Source: a virus
Taxonomy: Duplodnaviria > Caudoviricetes
Reading direction: 5' to 3' (one strand)
IMG/VR virus record: IMGVR_UViG_2597489997_000001
Coordinates: 1 to 64,000 of that record
Length of the DNA: 64,000 nucleotides
The notes under the pieces were generated by a model, which was given only the letters and a program-made list of their open reading frames with translations, ran no database searches and had not been told where the DNA came from. The position numbers and the translations under genes were made by a program. Positions 50,124-60,240 of the stretch are shown piece by piece. Within the stretch, counting starts at the first letter, position 1. Each line of letters starts with the position of its first letter.

Positions 50124-50585
50124 ATGAAAGGCCAAGGTTACTGCGAGTTGCAGGTTGATCTTTCCAGCGGACTTAAAATCTCCAAAGCTATCGGCAATAT
50201 CGCCGATGATTGTGGTGGAGCTATTCCCGCCAATAAACTTCATGCAACGATTATGTACGACGTCCGTAATCCTGATATCTTTCCGCCGAAATCCAATGCG
50301 GTTTATAACGCTAAAGTTATCGGGATTAAGACACTGGGTAAACCAGGTGACAAATGGTACGCCTGTGCTCTGGAATTAAATTGTCCAGAAATACATGCCC
50401 GCCATAAAGAACTGGTTAAAGCCGGTTACGTTCATTCATACGACGACCTCCTTCTTCATGTCTCTTTGTCTTACGGAGAAGCCACTTCTGTAATTGCACC
50501 ACAACTGGAGCAGATGTTTGCAGAAGGTAAACTCCCAGAGACTATTACGTTATGTAATGAGACATGGGATACGTTGGAAGATTGA
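50124..50585 (+). CDS. acb1: Acb1-like 2H phosphoesterase (anti-CBASS nuclease)
   Basis: KLHATIMY and H.YDD..LHVSLSY (two HxT/S motifs) as in T4 gp57B/Acb1. Confidence 0.8.
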   Translation: MKGQGYCELQVDLSSGLKISKAIGNIADDCGGAIPANKLHATIMYDVRNPDIFPPKSNAVYNAKVIGIKTLGKPGDKWYACALELNCPEIHARHKELVKAGYVHSYDDLLLHVSLSYGEATSVIAPQLEQMFAEGKLPETITLCNETWDTLED

Positions 50586-50742
50586 TGGATGTAGGAGGGT
50601 ATGGATACTCTTCTTTAATAAAAGGAGTTACCCAGGGAAGTGAATAGGTTTCCGATTTCACTTGGATGATTTCTCAGACCTATATTACCTAAGTGATAAA
50701 CCTAAACAGTTTAAACCTTATTTCAATATAGAGAGAAAACTT

Positions 50743-50904
50743 ATGTTCTTTAATAGCCCAGATGACCTCGTTGTAATGGCCTCAGCATTCTTCACCGGTA
50801 TCGGTGCGTTAGTTTTCGGATGTGCCGGATACTACGGTATCAAAGGCGCTATCCGCAACATGCTGCATCCTCAGAATGTTCAAGCTGTACGCAACAAGCA
50901 TTAA
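50743..50904 (+). CDS. Small membrane protein
   Basis: 53 aa from MFFNSPD with one hydrophobic Gly-rich helix. Confidence 0.55.
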   Translation: MFFNSPDDLVVMASAFFTGIGALVFGCAGYYGIKGAIRNMLHPQNVQAVRNKH

Positions 50905-50977
50905 TCCAGGTACAGCATCCTCCGTTAGGGGGATGCTGACCTATATCATATGTTTATTTTTTTTTGTCATCTTTTGA

Positions 50978-51415
50978 TTGATTATCTTTGATGAGGAAGA
51001 GACAATGCCAAAGGGTGTCGTTGCCACAATGGATACCGTCGGGTTTATACAAGAACCCGGTATCAAAATAGACCGTGCCATCGCGTACTGGTTTGCTAAC
51101 CGTATTGACCAATGTATCATATTGAGGAATGTTAAGTCCTATCAGTATGTTGTCGCTAAGCACCAAGATGACAAGAAAGGGGAAGAAAGATTCCTCGAAG
51201 ATATACAAAAGAACTTGCGCGAGTATCTCTTGCAAATCTTTGATGCTGTCTCTGTCAATGCCTGGGCTAAACGAGAACAAGAGGGGGACAAGATGTTCTC
51301 ACTTATTCTCTCTGGGATAGTTGAGCAAGATGGTAAGAAATATGACCTTGCCCACGCAGTATCTGTGAATGGCGAGACTTATAAACTAATTGATATTGGA
51401 AGAGGTTTACGTTAA
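50978..51415 (+). CDS. Conserved hypothetical protein
   Basis: ORF; likely start MPKGVV after GAGGA. Confidence 0.7.
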   Translation: MIIFDEEETMPKGVVATMDTVGFIQEPGIKIDRAIAYWFANRIDQCIILRNVKSYQYVVAKHQDDKKGEERFLEDIQKNLREYLLQIFDAVSVNAWAKREQEGDKMFSLILSGIVEQDGKKYDLAHAVSVNGETYKLIDIGRGLR

Positions 51416-52215
51416 TGGCTTCAAAAGAAGAATTCGCTGGGATTGATAAGATTAAGCACGGTAAGCTTATCGAGTTTATGACCAATAACTTCCGTAATGT
51501 GGAAATTGCAGGTAAGCAAGTCATCCAGACCCCTGATGGTGAGTTTATCGAATACGTTCTGATGGAAGAATCCTACTTCGTAGAGAACTGGCTCGTTCAG
51601 TTTGCTATCGGGCACGTCGGTGAGAAGAACTACTTCAACCACCAGGAATGGTCTCGCCTGACCGATGGGTTCACCAAAGGTGCTATTATCTTAAACGAAG
51701 ATAAGCAACCTGTATGCCTGATCCGTAAATTCATTGATATGGACCTGGGCGGTGAATTACAACACCACATGGACCACTTTGCCCGTATGGCCTCTCAGGC
51801 TGCTCACGTTCCTGATAAGAATGAAGCTGATGAGATCATCGGTGCATTTGCTAACGCAGTAGAGCAGATCGCTTCTCAGAACCCAGACTACGATACTCTT
51901 ACGGCAATGATTCCATATGAGTATTACCTGCGCCATGGTATCGACCCAACTGTAGTCAAGCAGTGTATCTGGATCCGTGATAACTACACCTTAGGTGGTG
52001 AGCCTATTGACGCTGACAGCGACATCATGAAGGCAGTTGAGATTGTTCTCTATAAACACGCTCGTGGTGAACCTACCACTGAGAAAGAACGTAATCTCGT
52101 ATTCCATCTGACTAACGGTGATTTTAATTTTGACGGGAAGATGAATGAGGTAGACACCCAAAATTCTCCCGCCATTGAAAAGCCGGATGACAAATTCGAT
52201 CCATTAGCTGACTAA
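51415..52215 (+). CDS. Conserved hypothetical protein
   Basis: TAATG coupling. Confidence 0.7.
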   Translation: MASKEEFAGIDKIKHGKLIEFMTNNFRNVEIAGKQVIQTPDGEFIEYVLMEESYFVENWLVQFAIGHVGEKNYFNHQEWSRLTDGFTKGAIILNEDKQPVCLIRKFIDMDLGGELQHHMDHFARMASQAAHVPDKNEADEIIGAFANAVEQIASQNPDYDTLTAMIPYEYYLRHGIDPTVVKQCIWIRDNYTLGGEPIDADSDIMKAVEIVLYKHARGEPTTEKERNLVFHLTNGDFNFDGKMNEVDTQNSPAIEKPDDKFDPLAD

Positions 52216-52223
52216 CAGGTCTA

Positions 52224-53375
52224 GTGGGTCTAAGGAATACAATGAAAAAGTTTAAAGGTCTGTTAACCACTGACCACCATTGCTTAAACCCACGAACACC
52301 TACTCGTCACATTTTGGGGAACCTGGACACATTCTACTATAAAGAAAATAACTTAGCTGATATTGACTTTAGTGTGATGTGTGGTGACTTCTTCGATGAC
52401 TTAGCTCCGGCTAACGATCCGAACATGATGATCTGCCAGCGCTGGATTAAAAAGCATTTACAGATCTGCCATGAAAAGAAAGTACACGTTCGTATTTTGG
52501 AAGGGACGTCGTCGCATGACTGGGGACAACCAGAAATCTTTGATATCCTTAAACCAAAAGACACCCCATATATAAAGTACATTAATACCTTATCCATTGA
52601 GTATATTCCTGAGCTGGATATCAACGTAATGTATGTACCGGATAACTTCGGTCATATATCCACCGATACCATTTACGAACAAGCTCTGAAATTAATGGCT
52701 GAGCATAATGTTTCTCAACTTGACTTTATCTTCTTGCACGGTGGGTTTGATTATCAGCTCCCTCCAATAGCAAACAAGAAAGGAACTCTTTACGATTCTG
52801 TCAAGTGGAGTGCATTAGCCAAGCACGCCATATTCAGTGGACATATTCATAAGCCATCTCAGAAGTTAAAGATTCACTGTGGTGGTTCGTTTGACCGTAT
52901 CTCATTTGGTGAGATGCACCCGAAAGGTGGTTATCGTTTCCAGTTCAACAAGGATGAGTTCAGCGCGTCGTTCTGGGAGAATAAGAACGCACTTATCTAT
53001 GATAAGATTCTGATCAATAAGGAAATGGATGCTAAACAAGTTTCTAAGGAACTTAATAACTACTTGTCTAAACGTCCACCGACTAATACCCACATTCGTT
53101 TAGTAGGTGGATTGTCGTCAGTTACCAACCCTCTGATTAATGAGTACAAGGAACAGTACCCGCAATACATCTTTGATTTGGATAACGTAAAAGAAGATAA
53201 CATCGAAGTAGATGATACTCTTTACACACCTGAGATGTATAAGGGTGTTGCGTTAACCAGACATAACCTCAAGGATAGTTTGTTCAACTTTATGGAATCC
53301 ACTTTTGTGCAAAATGACACGATCGATATGTCATTGATCCACGAAATAATGGATGAGGCTATGGGTACAGAATGA
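52224..53375 (+). CDS. SbcD/Mre11-like metallophosphoesterase nuclease
   Basis: TDHH, GDFFD, EGTSSHD, FLHG and GHIH motifs. Confidence 0.85.
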   Translation: MGLRNTMKKFKGLLTTDHHCLNPRTPTRHILGNLDTFYYKENNLADIDFSVMCGDFFDDLAPANDPNMMICQRWIKKHLQICHEKKVHVRILEGTSSHDWGQPEIFDILKPKDTPYIKYINTLSIEYIPELDINVMYVPDNFGHISTDTIYEQALKLMAEHNVSQLDFIFLHGGFDYQLPPIANKKGTLYDSVKWSALAKHAIFSGHIHKPSQKLKIHCGGSFDRISFGEMHPKGGYRFQFNKDEFSASFWENKNALIYDKILINKEMDAKQVSKELNNYLSKRPPTNTHIRLVGGLSSVTNPLINEYKEQYPQYIFDLDNVKEDNIEVDDTLYTPEMYKGVALTRHNLKDSLFNFMESTFVQNDTIDMSLIHEIMDEAMGTE

Positions 53376-54172
53376 TAGTGAGGACTAAGGGTACGCTTCC
53401 CATAAGCGTCGGTACGGCACTTGCCATTGAAACACTACCCAGTGTTAAGATGTACAAGTATCACGCCATCCTGTTCAATCTGAGAACGATTATCCGTAAT
53501 GCCAGACAAGCGTTTGAAGGCGACGTCCTTCCTTCTGTTAGCGAGTTGTTTGATGCTTGCAAAGAAGACATTGTCGGTATTGCGGAAGCCATAATTGCGA
53601 TGAAGATTCGCACCGTGTTGGAATTAAAGATTTACTACCCCAGCTATCGGTCGTTAGAGTCAACATTTCCATTAGGTAAAGTTATCGATGTTCAGAAGAA
53701 CGGTACCGATAAACAGAAGGCCATTTATAAACTCGATAAAGAAGTAGCTGATAAAGTACTTGCTGAATTTGGGAAAGGAATAACCCAAGTTGATTCGAGA
53801 GTTCCACAGTTTTCTGGTGATGCGTTGATCATGACTCATCATCCAGTCGATTTGGTTACAACAGAATCTTACTCCAGACTCTATCTATTAGAGTCACACA
53901 CTGGAACAATCAAAAACTACACTTTGACTTATTCCAAGTTGACAGGTTCTGATAAGTTTAACAACATACCGTTAAACAAGATTACGATACAAGTATTCGG
54001 GGACAAGTCCTCTAACTTCTATTCGCAGTCTATAGGTTTAAAGAACACCCTTAAACAGTTAGCAGACTCGGCGCATTGGTCAACAGCCTCTACACCAAGT
54101 ATGGTAGCAAGATCTATTCGTTCTCTGCCGGAATCCCCAGAGAAAGATATCCTCATTCAAATGTCTAAATAA
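53372..54172 (+). CDS. Conserved hypothetical protein
   Basis: ATGA coupling; synteny. Confidence 0.7.
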   Translation: MIVRTKGTLPISVGTALAIETLPSVKMYKYHAILFNLRTIIRNARQAFEGDVLPSVSELFDACKEDIVGIAEAIIAMKIRTVLELKIYYPSYRSLESTFPLGKVIDVQKNGTDKQKAIYKLDKEVADKVLAEFGKGITQVDSRVPQFSGDALIMTHHPVDLVTTESYSRLYLLESHTGTIKNYTLTYSKLTGSDKFNNIPLNKITIQVFGDKSSNFYSQSIGLKNTLKQLADSAHWSTASTPSMVARSIRSLPESPEKDILIQMSK

Positions 54173-54184
54173 GAGAGTAATAAC

Positions 54185-54973
54185 ATGAGCCAGCAAAATA
54201 ACGGTACTTTCGTTCGTCGTCCACAGACCATGTTCAACGACTTCCGCTATCCGATGCCTAAGTCTGACAAACCTGTTGAGGGCGCTAAGTACCCTGCTAC
54301 CTGGACCTGGGAACTGGGCCTGTCCGGTCAGATCTTTATGAAGATCAATGACGGCGTCTGGGGTAAAGACGACAAGAACGCTAAGTCTAAAGAAGTCGAA
54401 TTGTCCTGGGCTGACCGTAACGCTCTGTTGAACCTGATGGAAGAAGCGTGTAACAACCCTAACTTCGGTAAGGCTCAGTACGTTGTTCGTAAAGTTACTT
54501 TCGGTAACGGCGGTCGTATGAATGACCACCCATCCACCATGGGTACATTCACCGTAATCCGTGACGGTCAAGGTAAGATCCACGTAGGTTACACCAAAGG
54601 TACTTACAAAGTAATGTTCCCATTCACCTCTCCTTACGACTCCATCATCCTGGTTTCTAAAGACGGTGAATCCGTAGAAGACAACGGCCTGATGTCACGT
54701 GTTTACTGTAAGGCATTCATCAACTTCTCTCGTAAGTATCTCGACCAGTACGAGTGGGATAACTTCAAACCACGTGAGAAGAAAGGTGGTGATAATAACG
54801 GTAACAACAATAACCGTGGTGGCGGTAATAACAGCTGGGGTGGTAACAATAACTCTGGTGGTAATGGTGGTGGTAACAGCGGTTGGGGTGGTAATAACTC
54901 CAATAGCGGTGGTGGTCAACAGACCCAGCAACGCCAAGCACCAGCAGATTTCGATGACGACATTGATTTCTAA
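54185..54973 (+). CDS. ChmC-like nucleic-acid-binding protein (phiKZ gp67-like)
   Basis: Folded N domain plus Gly/Asn-rich disordered tail ending DFDDDIDF; located just before the gp68/gp69-like genes. Confidence 0.65.
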   Translation: MSQQNNGTFVRRPQTMFNDFRYPMPKSDKPVEGAKYPATWTWELGLSGQIFMKINDGVWGKDDKNAKSKEVELSWADRNALLNLMEEACNNPNFGKAQYVVRKVTFGNGGRMNDHPSTMGTFTVIRDGQGKIHVGYTKGTYKVMFPFTSPYDSIILVSKDGESVEDNGLMSRVYCKAFINFSRKYLDQYEWDNFKPREKKGGDNNGNNNNRGGGNNSWGGNNNSGGNGGGNSGWGGNNSNSGGGQQTQQRQAPADFDDDIDF

Positions 54974-54993
54974 GGACTAGCATAGTTGATTAA

Positions 54994-55019
54994 CCTAGCT
55001 CGGGATGTCCCGAGCTAGG
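54994..55019 (+). terminator. Terminator hairpin
   Basis: CCTAGCTCGGGA-TG-TCCCGAGCTAGG plus T tract. Confidence 0.75.
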
Positions 55020-55040
55020 CTTTCTTTTATGTTTGTCTAA

Positions 55041-55061
55041 AAATTAACAGGCAGATATTAT
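55041..55061 (+). promoter_or_regulatory. Putative phage early promoter
   Basis: AAATTAACAGGCAGATATTAT. Confidence 0.65.
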
Positions 55062-55091
55062 TAGCTTGTATATGACAGAGAGGATTAACCT

Positions 55092-56723
55092 ATGCGTTAT
55101 GACAACCGAATGTCTGGTAAGAAGGCAATCGATGCAATAATCGTGACTCACAATGGTGAAGAGATTATCTTCCGTGGGGCACAGAAAGTAAATGGCGGTG
55201 ATGCTGACCAGGAACTGTTTGAATTTCTGAACGAATACTTCCAGAGTTGCTCTGAAGCTACTTTGGATAAACTGTGGGCTTTGATCAAAGCCGGTAAGCG
55301 AATCCTGGAACCAGGTTATTTCGAAGAGGTGGATACTCCAGAGATTCAGGAACTTCGTAAGCGTAATCAGGACTATAAGTTCTTGACTGAAAAGTTAGAG
55401 CCTATCATCCGTGAAATGTATACCGTTATCACACCTGCTGAAATCGGTTATGCTGCTCAGGTTACTGGACGTTGTGAAGCACCGAAAGATTTGATGGCAA
55501 TGTCTCAACTGGGCGACTATCCAGAAGAAACAACTATCGACGCATTTAAATATGCCGAACTGGTTAAGCAAGCATTCGCCGTTCAATTATCCTTCCCAGT
55601 GGTAAACCAACTACTGGACCATGTGTCTAGCATTACCGGTAAAGATTACAAAGATGTACCAGCCGGTACGATGATGGCGAACATCACAGCTTTAACCGAT
55701 ATGCCAGGTTGGCGTATTCTGGACGTATATGTCCGAGCATCATGCCTCCGTCAGGAAGCACGACGCAATAGTATCGGTGTGGTCAGTGATGTGAAGTACA
55801 TTGACTATATCGTATATAAAGGACTGTTCAATAAACTGTGTCTGACATTCTTACCGAGCAAGATCAATGGTAAGAACTTGTCTAAAGAACTGAACTCTCT
55901 GGTAGAGGGTGAAATCCGTGGCGGAGCCGATATTAAGTTTAAGACTTATAAGGATCCAAAACCAGGTTCTGATGACCAGTCTATTCCAGAATCATATCGT
56001 ATCGCTCAAGCAGTCAACGGTACCGATGAAATTGCGCAGGCCGAGTACTTTACTTTTGGCATGTATAATGAAGTCAGAGGGGAAGATCAATGGGGTAACC
56101 CTACTGTACGCTTAGAGAAGAAACATAAAGACTTCTTCTATTATCAGTGTATGGGTCTGGGTATTAAGAACCAAGCTCTCGCAGAACGTTTGTTCAACAC
56201 TCTGCCACGGCTCTGGGACTTCCGTCTGACCACGGTACATATAAAGTTACTGCAACTTGTATTTAGCGGCAACATAAACTACTATCTGATTCCGGTACTG
56301 AATTACGACCAGTTAATGGCCGCAATTGTATTGGCTCAGGTTAAGCTTTATGAGATGGGCTTTGAGAATCTGGCGACTCTGTGCGCTATCGTTCGCAACC
56401 CTTCTTATCATGTCGTTTATCTGGATGACGATTTTAAACTCACCACCAAAGATCGTGAAGTATTGACCGAGATGTGTGATATCTATTCCGGTCAGTCGAC
56501 ATCGACTACAGAAAACATTCTGGTTAAGTCGGTATCTGATCTCCTCGATGAACTTGCTACCTCAGGTTGGGATTCGAATATCGAAGCCGGGCTGTTGGGT
56601 AATGAAAAGTTCGTCAACGCTATGAGTTCCGGTCAAATGTATCAAGTGGACTTGATACCTGAGATGAAACGTGAACTGTTAGCATTAATCAAATTAAATA
56701 ACTCTACTGTAGACGAGGAATAA
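55092..56723 (+). CDS. nvRNAP promoter-specificity subunit (phiKZ gp68-like)
   Basis: 543 aa; position in the gp67-gp74 block (synteny inference). Confidence 0.6.
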   Translation: MRYDNRMSGKKAIDAIIVTHNGEEIIFRGAQKVNGGDADQELFEFLNEYFQSCSEATLDKLWALIKAGKRILEPGYFEEVDTPEIQELRKRNQDYKFLTEKLEPIIREMYTVITPAEIGYAAQVTGRCEAPKDLMAMSQLGDYPEETTIDAFKYAELVKQAFAVQLSFPVVNQLLDHVSSITGKDYKDVPAGTMMANITALTDMPGWRILDVYVRASCLRQEARRNSIGVVSDVKYIDYIVYKGLFNKLCLTFLPSKINGKNLSKELNSLVEGEIRGGADIKFKTYKDPKPGSDDQSIPESYRIAQAVNGTDEIAQAEYFTFGMYNEVRGEDQWGNPTVRLEKKHKDFFYYQCMGLGIKNQALAERLFNTLPRLWDFRLTTVHIKLLQLVFSGNINYYLIPVLNYDQLMAAIVLAQVKLYEMGFENLATLCAIVRNPSYHVVYLDDDFKLTTKDREVLTEMCDIYSGQSTSTTENILVKSVSDLLDELATSGWDSNIEAGLLGNEKFVNAMSSGQMYQVDLIPEMKRELLALIKLNNSTVDEE

Positions 56724-56728
56724 GAATA

Positions 56729-58273
56729 ATGAGCATGAATCTGGTAAAAGCACGTTGTGGTCTGACTAACTACTATCACCAACAAGTTATCCGTAACCCT
56801 GTTCTGAATCTGGAAACGACATTGATCGACCAGCTTACAGAAGAAAACATGATGGGTGGGGTGAATGGTTCCACTCTGAAGATGGCTGCTGTAATGGGTG
56901 GTGGTCTGAATGCTCAGGCTTCTGGCTTTGCAAACATCATGGATGGTTGGAATGACTCCAAAGGTCTGATGATGTTGGATTTCTGTTCCAGTGATTCCCC
57001 TGTAGCTGTTGAGTACATGCACGTTATCGGGTATGTAACAAACAACGGTGCTGAACAGGGCCTGACTATGGATGCTCTCTTTACTCCGGTAATGAGTTGG
57101 AAATCCCATGAGTCTATCACTGCATCGGGTATGCTGGATAGCCCAACATCTGTACGTCGTAAAATGGGTGGTCGTACTGACTATATCCTGAACGATGGTT
57201 CTCAAATGGGTTCTGTCGTATCCCTTCGTCCTTCTGACATTATCGATTATTCTATCGAGAAAGCGTCTTCTGACGATATCCTGGAGCGGATGCAGGATGA
57301 AGGTATGGACGGAATGGTTCCTCAAACTACCGTGGCTGCTTCTGACATCAGTCGTGTCGGCGTTGTTACATCAAAACGTGGTAACCTGAACCCAACCAAC
57401 TATGCGACAGATATGCTTGTTGCCGGTACTGGTTATCAGCGTAATCAACAACTCCAGTCCAACATGATGGACAGCATGGGTGAGAACACTACTCAGTTTG
57501 ACGGGATGTTTAATGACCTGTCTCAGCTGGCGTATCAATCTCGTAACAAAGAACCTGAATTACTGCGTGATGACTTCTTCCGTGAAATGATGGAAATGAT
57601 GGGGCAAGCTCAAATGCGTGGCTTCCGTGGCTATACCATCGGTGATCTGGAAATGGCATTCCCGAACATCAACGAAGTTCTGGATTTAACCTTCATGGAT
57701 AAATCTGAATTCGTGGTTAACGATTTTACTGCTGATACAGAAAGCATGGGTACTTCCCAGCTGGAAGAATTCGTATCTCAGGAAATCACCATGAACATCA
57801 TGGACCTGATGATCAAGTACGGTCTGTCTGAAATCAACTTCCGTGGTTCAAACTGCGATAACTACGGTGGTGATGGTGCATTGTCTAACGTCGTTGTTCT
57901 TCCATATGGTTCTTTCTCTCTGGATGCCGATGACTATCAACTGGGCCAAAAGACCGAAGCATTCGTAGATGATCTGACCAATCAGATCTTTGCGAAACTG
58001 AATGGTCTTCGTCCGGCAGATATGACGCCAATTCGTTTTGATGTCAGTGCTGAACTGTTCGGTACTTTGATCGTTAACATGGTGCGTGTGGACGATAGCA
58101 ACATCGGCGGCGGTTTCGATATGTCAGCAGGCGGCGTACCAGCAGGTATGGGTTCTCGCGTATATCCAACTTACGCAATTAACAACTTCGGTACGGTTAC
58201 TGGTGATAAAGAACAAGCTCAAGTAGCGGGTTCCAACTTCTTCTCTAACCTGTCCTCTTATTTCCAATCTTAA
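56729..58273 (+). CDS. Nuclear import factor PicA/Imp1-like (phiKZ gp69-like)
   Basis: 514 aa; synteny inference. Confidence 0.55.
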   Translation: MSMNLVKARCGLTNYYHQQVIRNPVLNLETTLIDQLTEENMMGGVNGSTLKMAAVMGGGLNAQASGFANIMDGWNDSKGLMMLDFCSSDSPVAVEYMHVIGYVTNNGAEQGLTMDALFTPVMSWKSHESITASGMLDSPTSVRRKMGGRTDYILNDGSQMGSVVSLRPSDIIDYSIEKASSDDILERMQDEGMDGMVPQTTVAASDISRVGVVTSKRGNLNPTNYATDMLVAGTGYQRNQQLQSNMMDSMGENTTQFDGMFNDLSQLAYQSRNKEPELLRDDFFREMMEMMGQAQMRGFRGYTIGDLEMAFPNINEVLDLTFMDKSEFVVNDFTADTESMGTSQLEEFVSQEITMNIMDLMIKYGLSEINFRGSNCDNYGGDGALSNVVVLPYGSFSLDADDYQLGQKTEAFVDDLTNQIFAKLNGLRPADMTPIRFDVSAELFGTLIVNMVRVDDSNIGGGFDMSAGGVPAGMGSRVYPTYAINNFGTVTGDKEQAQVAGSNFFSNLSSYFQS

Positions 58274-58289
58274 TCTGGAGCTGTAACAA

Positions 58290-59801
58290 ATGAACAAGCT
58301 TAATAAACTGTACGAAGCCATGCTGAAATCTTGGGGCTGTACTCTGTCTGCCGACGCAGCAATCAGCCTCAACTTCAGCGGCACCGTCGTACCAGTTACA
58401 GTAGAAGAGAAACAGGTATATCTGGCTACATCTGAAAACCTGAACGGCGTGACCATTGGTAAGGTATTCTTCCACCCGGCATGTGAATCCATCATGTCTA
58501 AAGAAACCGAAATCTTTAAGGTCATCCGTAAACTGTCTACTGCCAAGATCTATGCCGTATTCCAGCCTATCTGCGAAGTTCTGTTTGCGGTAGCAGGTAA
58601 GAAATCCGGTAAGACCCTGACTGGTAAAATGATGGAAATGCTGGAACCGTTCAAAACGGTAACCAAAGCGGTTAAGCAGGAAGTACTTGATATCATCAAG
58701 ACTATCTCCGTAACCATCGAAGATCAAAACGTGGATACTCGTCTGATCAGTTTTAACCTGATGAAAGGTGGAAAGACTGAAAACGACGAACCTATCTATT
58801 ATACCGCAACTCCGAGCTTCCCGTTCTATACTGAACTGTATCGTACCGCAGCACAGAACGAACATCTGAAAGCTGCTGACCGTCTGAGCTTTAATGGGCT
58901 GAGTGTTTCTATGCAGGCGATGCGTGTTGTTATCGCTCTGTTCGAAATTGCAATCCCAGCGGTTATCGATCCAGCTCGTCATAAGTATGCAGCGACTACT
59001 CAGGACGCAGCGCGTCTGACAGCATATCTGCATTCCTATGGTCTGGTTGTATCTGACATGAACAGTCTGATCGGTAAGTTCCGTAAAGAGTTCGATGCTA
59101 TCGGCATTTACGGTATTGATATTGACTGGTTGTCCGAACTGGACGAAATCAGCGAAATCAAGAAACTGATCCCGGCCCTGGATTATAACAACTACAACAT
59201 GGGTTCTGCTCCAGAAGCACCAGCGGCTAATAGCGGCGCTCGTATTTCCAGCTATAACCCAGTTGCAGGTATGTTTAATTCTTCCAGTCAGTCCAACATC
59301 AATCAGGGTTCTGCAAACACAATTGCGTCTGCTCCGAAGATCCCTGATGCGATGCCAGGTGAGAACTACATCGGTTGTGATTATTCTCAGGCTAATGGTA
59401 TTTATGAATATAAATTCCAGTGTAACAATGGCTTGGTTCGTGTACGTCGTCTGGCTGAAGATGGCCGCTTCATTTCTGAAGACTTCCAGAACCCGATGAT
59501 GACTAACATGAACGGTATGAACAACAATGGCGTTCCTCCACTGGGTATGGGTATGCCAAACATGATGATGCCTGGTATGGCTAACCCAATGATGATGAAC
59601 ATGATGGGATCTGGTATTCCAATGTTCGGCATGGGACAGCCTGGGATGGGTGCAATGGTTCGTGACCCATATACCGGTCAAATGGTAATGGCAGGTAACA
59701 ACCAAGCTCAGAACAACGGTTTCCAACAGCCACAGAACAATGGCATTCAGTGGAACACCGGTATTGATCTCGGTTCAACTGCTGGCATCAACGACTACTA
59801 A
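58290..59801 (+). CDS. Conserved protein (phiKZ gp70-like) with Met/Gly/Asn-rich tail
   Basis: FHPACESI motif; synteny. Confidence 0.6.
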   Translation: MNKLNKLYEAMLKSWGCTLSADAAISLNFSGTVVPVTVEEKQVYLATSENLNGVTIGKVFFHPACESIMSKETEIFKVIRKLSTAKIYAVFQPICEVLFAVAGKKSGKTLTGKMMEMLEPFKTVTKAVKQEVLDIIKTISVTIEDQNVDTRLISFNLMKGGKTENDEPIYYTATPSFPFYTELYRTAAQNEHLKAADRLSFNGLSVSMQAMRVVIALFEIAIPAVIDPARHKYAATTQDAARLTAYLHSYGLVVSDMNSLIGKFRKEFDAIGIYGIDIDWLSELDEISEIKKLIPALDYNNYNMGSAPEAPAANSGARISSYNPVAGMFNSSSQSNINQGSANTIASAPKIPDAMPGENYIGCDYSQANGIYEYKFQCNNGLVRVRRLAEDGRFISEDFQNPMMTNMNGMNNNGVPPLGMGMPNMMMPGMANPMMMNMMGSGIPMFGMGQPGMGAMVRDPYTGQMVMAGNNQAQNNGFQQPQNNGIQWNTGIDLGSTAGINDY

Positions 59802-59823
59802 GTCATAATTAAAAAGTAAATAC

Positions 59824-59852
59824 CTACCTCCTACTGCATAGTAGGAGGTAGT
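59824..59852. terminator. Bidirectional terminator hairpin
   Basis: CTACCTCCTA..TAGGAGGTAG between convergent genes. Confidence 0.7.
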
Positions 59853-59874
59853 ATTCTTTTATTCACTTTTTCTT

Positions 59875-60210
59875 TTATTCTCTTCTTACTCGAGTAACCT
59901 GTATTACCGAATCGACTTGTTCTTTAGTTACCGTAAAGAGACCCGGTATCTTAGTAAAGTCGGCGTTAGGGTTTTCCATATTGTTAATAAAGGAAGTGAC
60001 CCAAATGAGTTCTTCTGGAATAGTAGGATTATCCCCACCAAGGTTACGTAAGAACTTATGGAAGTTATACTTATAAGCAAACTTTATACTGTCATCTGCA
60101 AATGCAGAAAACGCTGCTTGTGATAATAAGATTTCTTTACAGGAACGAATAATCGTTTTGAATTCGTCTGTATAATAGTAGGAGTTTCCATACGGGATAG
60201 CTACGGGCAT
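59875..60210 (-). CDS. Hypothetical protein
   Basis: 111 aa, AGGTG SD. Confidence 0.65.
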   Translation of the reverse strand: MPVAIPYGNSYYYTDEFKTIIRSCKEILLSQAAFSAFADDSIKFAYKYNFHKFLRNLGGDNPTIPEELIWVTSFINNMENPNADFTKIPGLFTVTKEQVDSVIQVTRVRRE

Positions 60211-60240
60211 TTTATCACCTAATAAAAGGATGGGCCAAAG

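Noticed and set aside
58245-59726. 493-aa minus-strand His-rich ORF
   Set aside because: Antisense to the gp70-like gene; His runs mirror its ATG repeats
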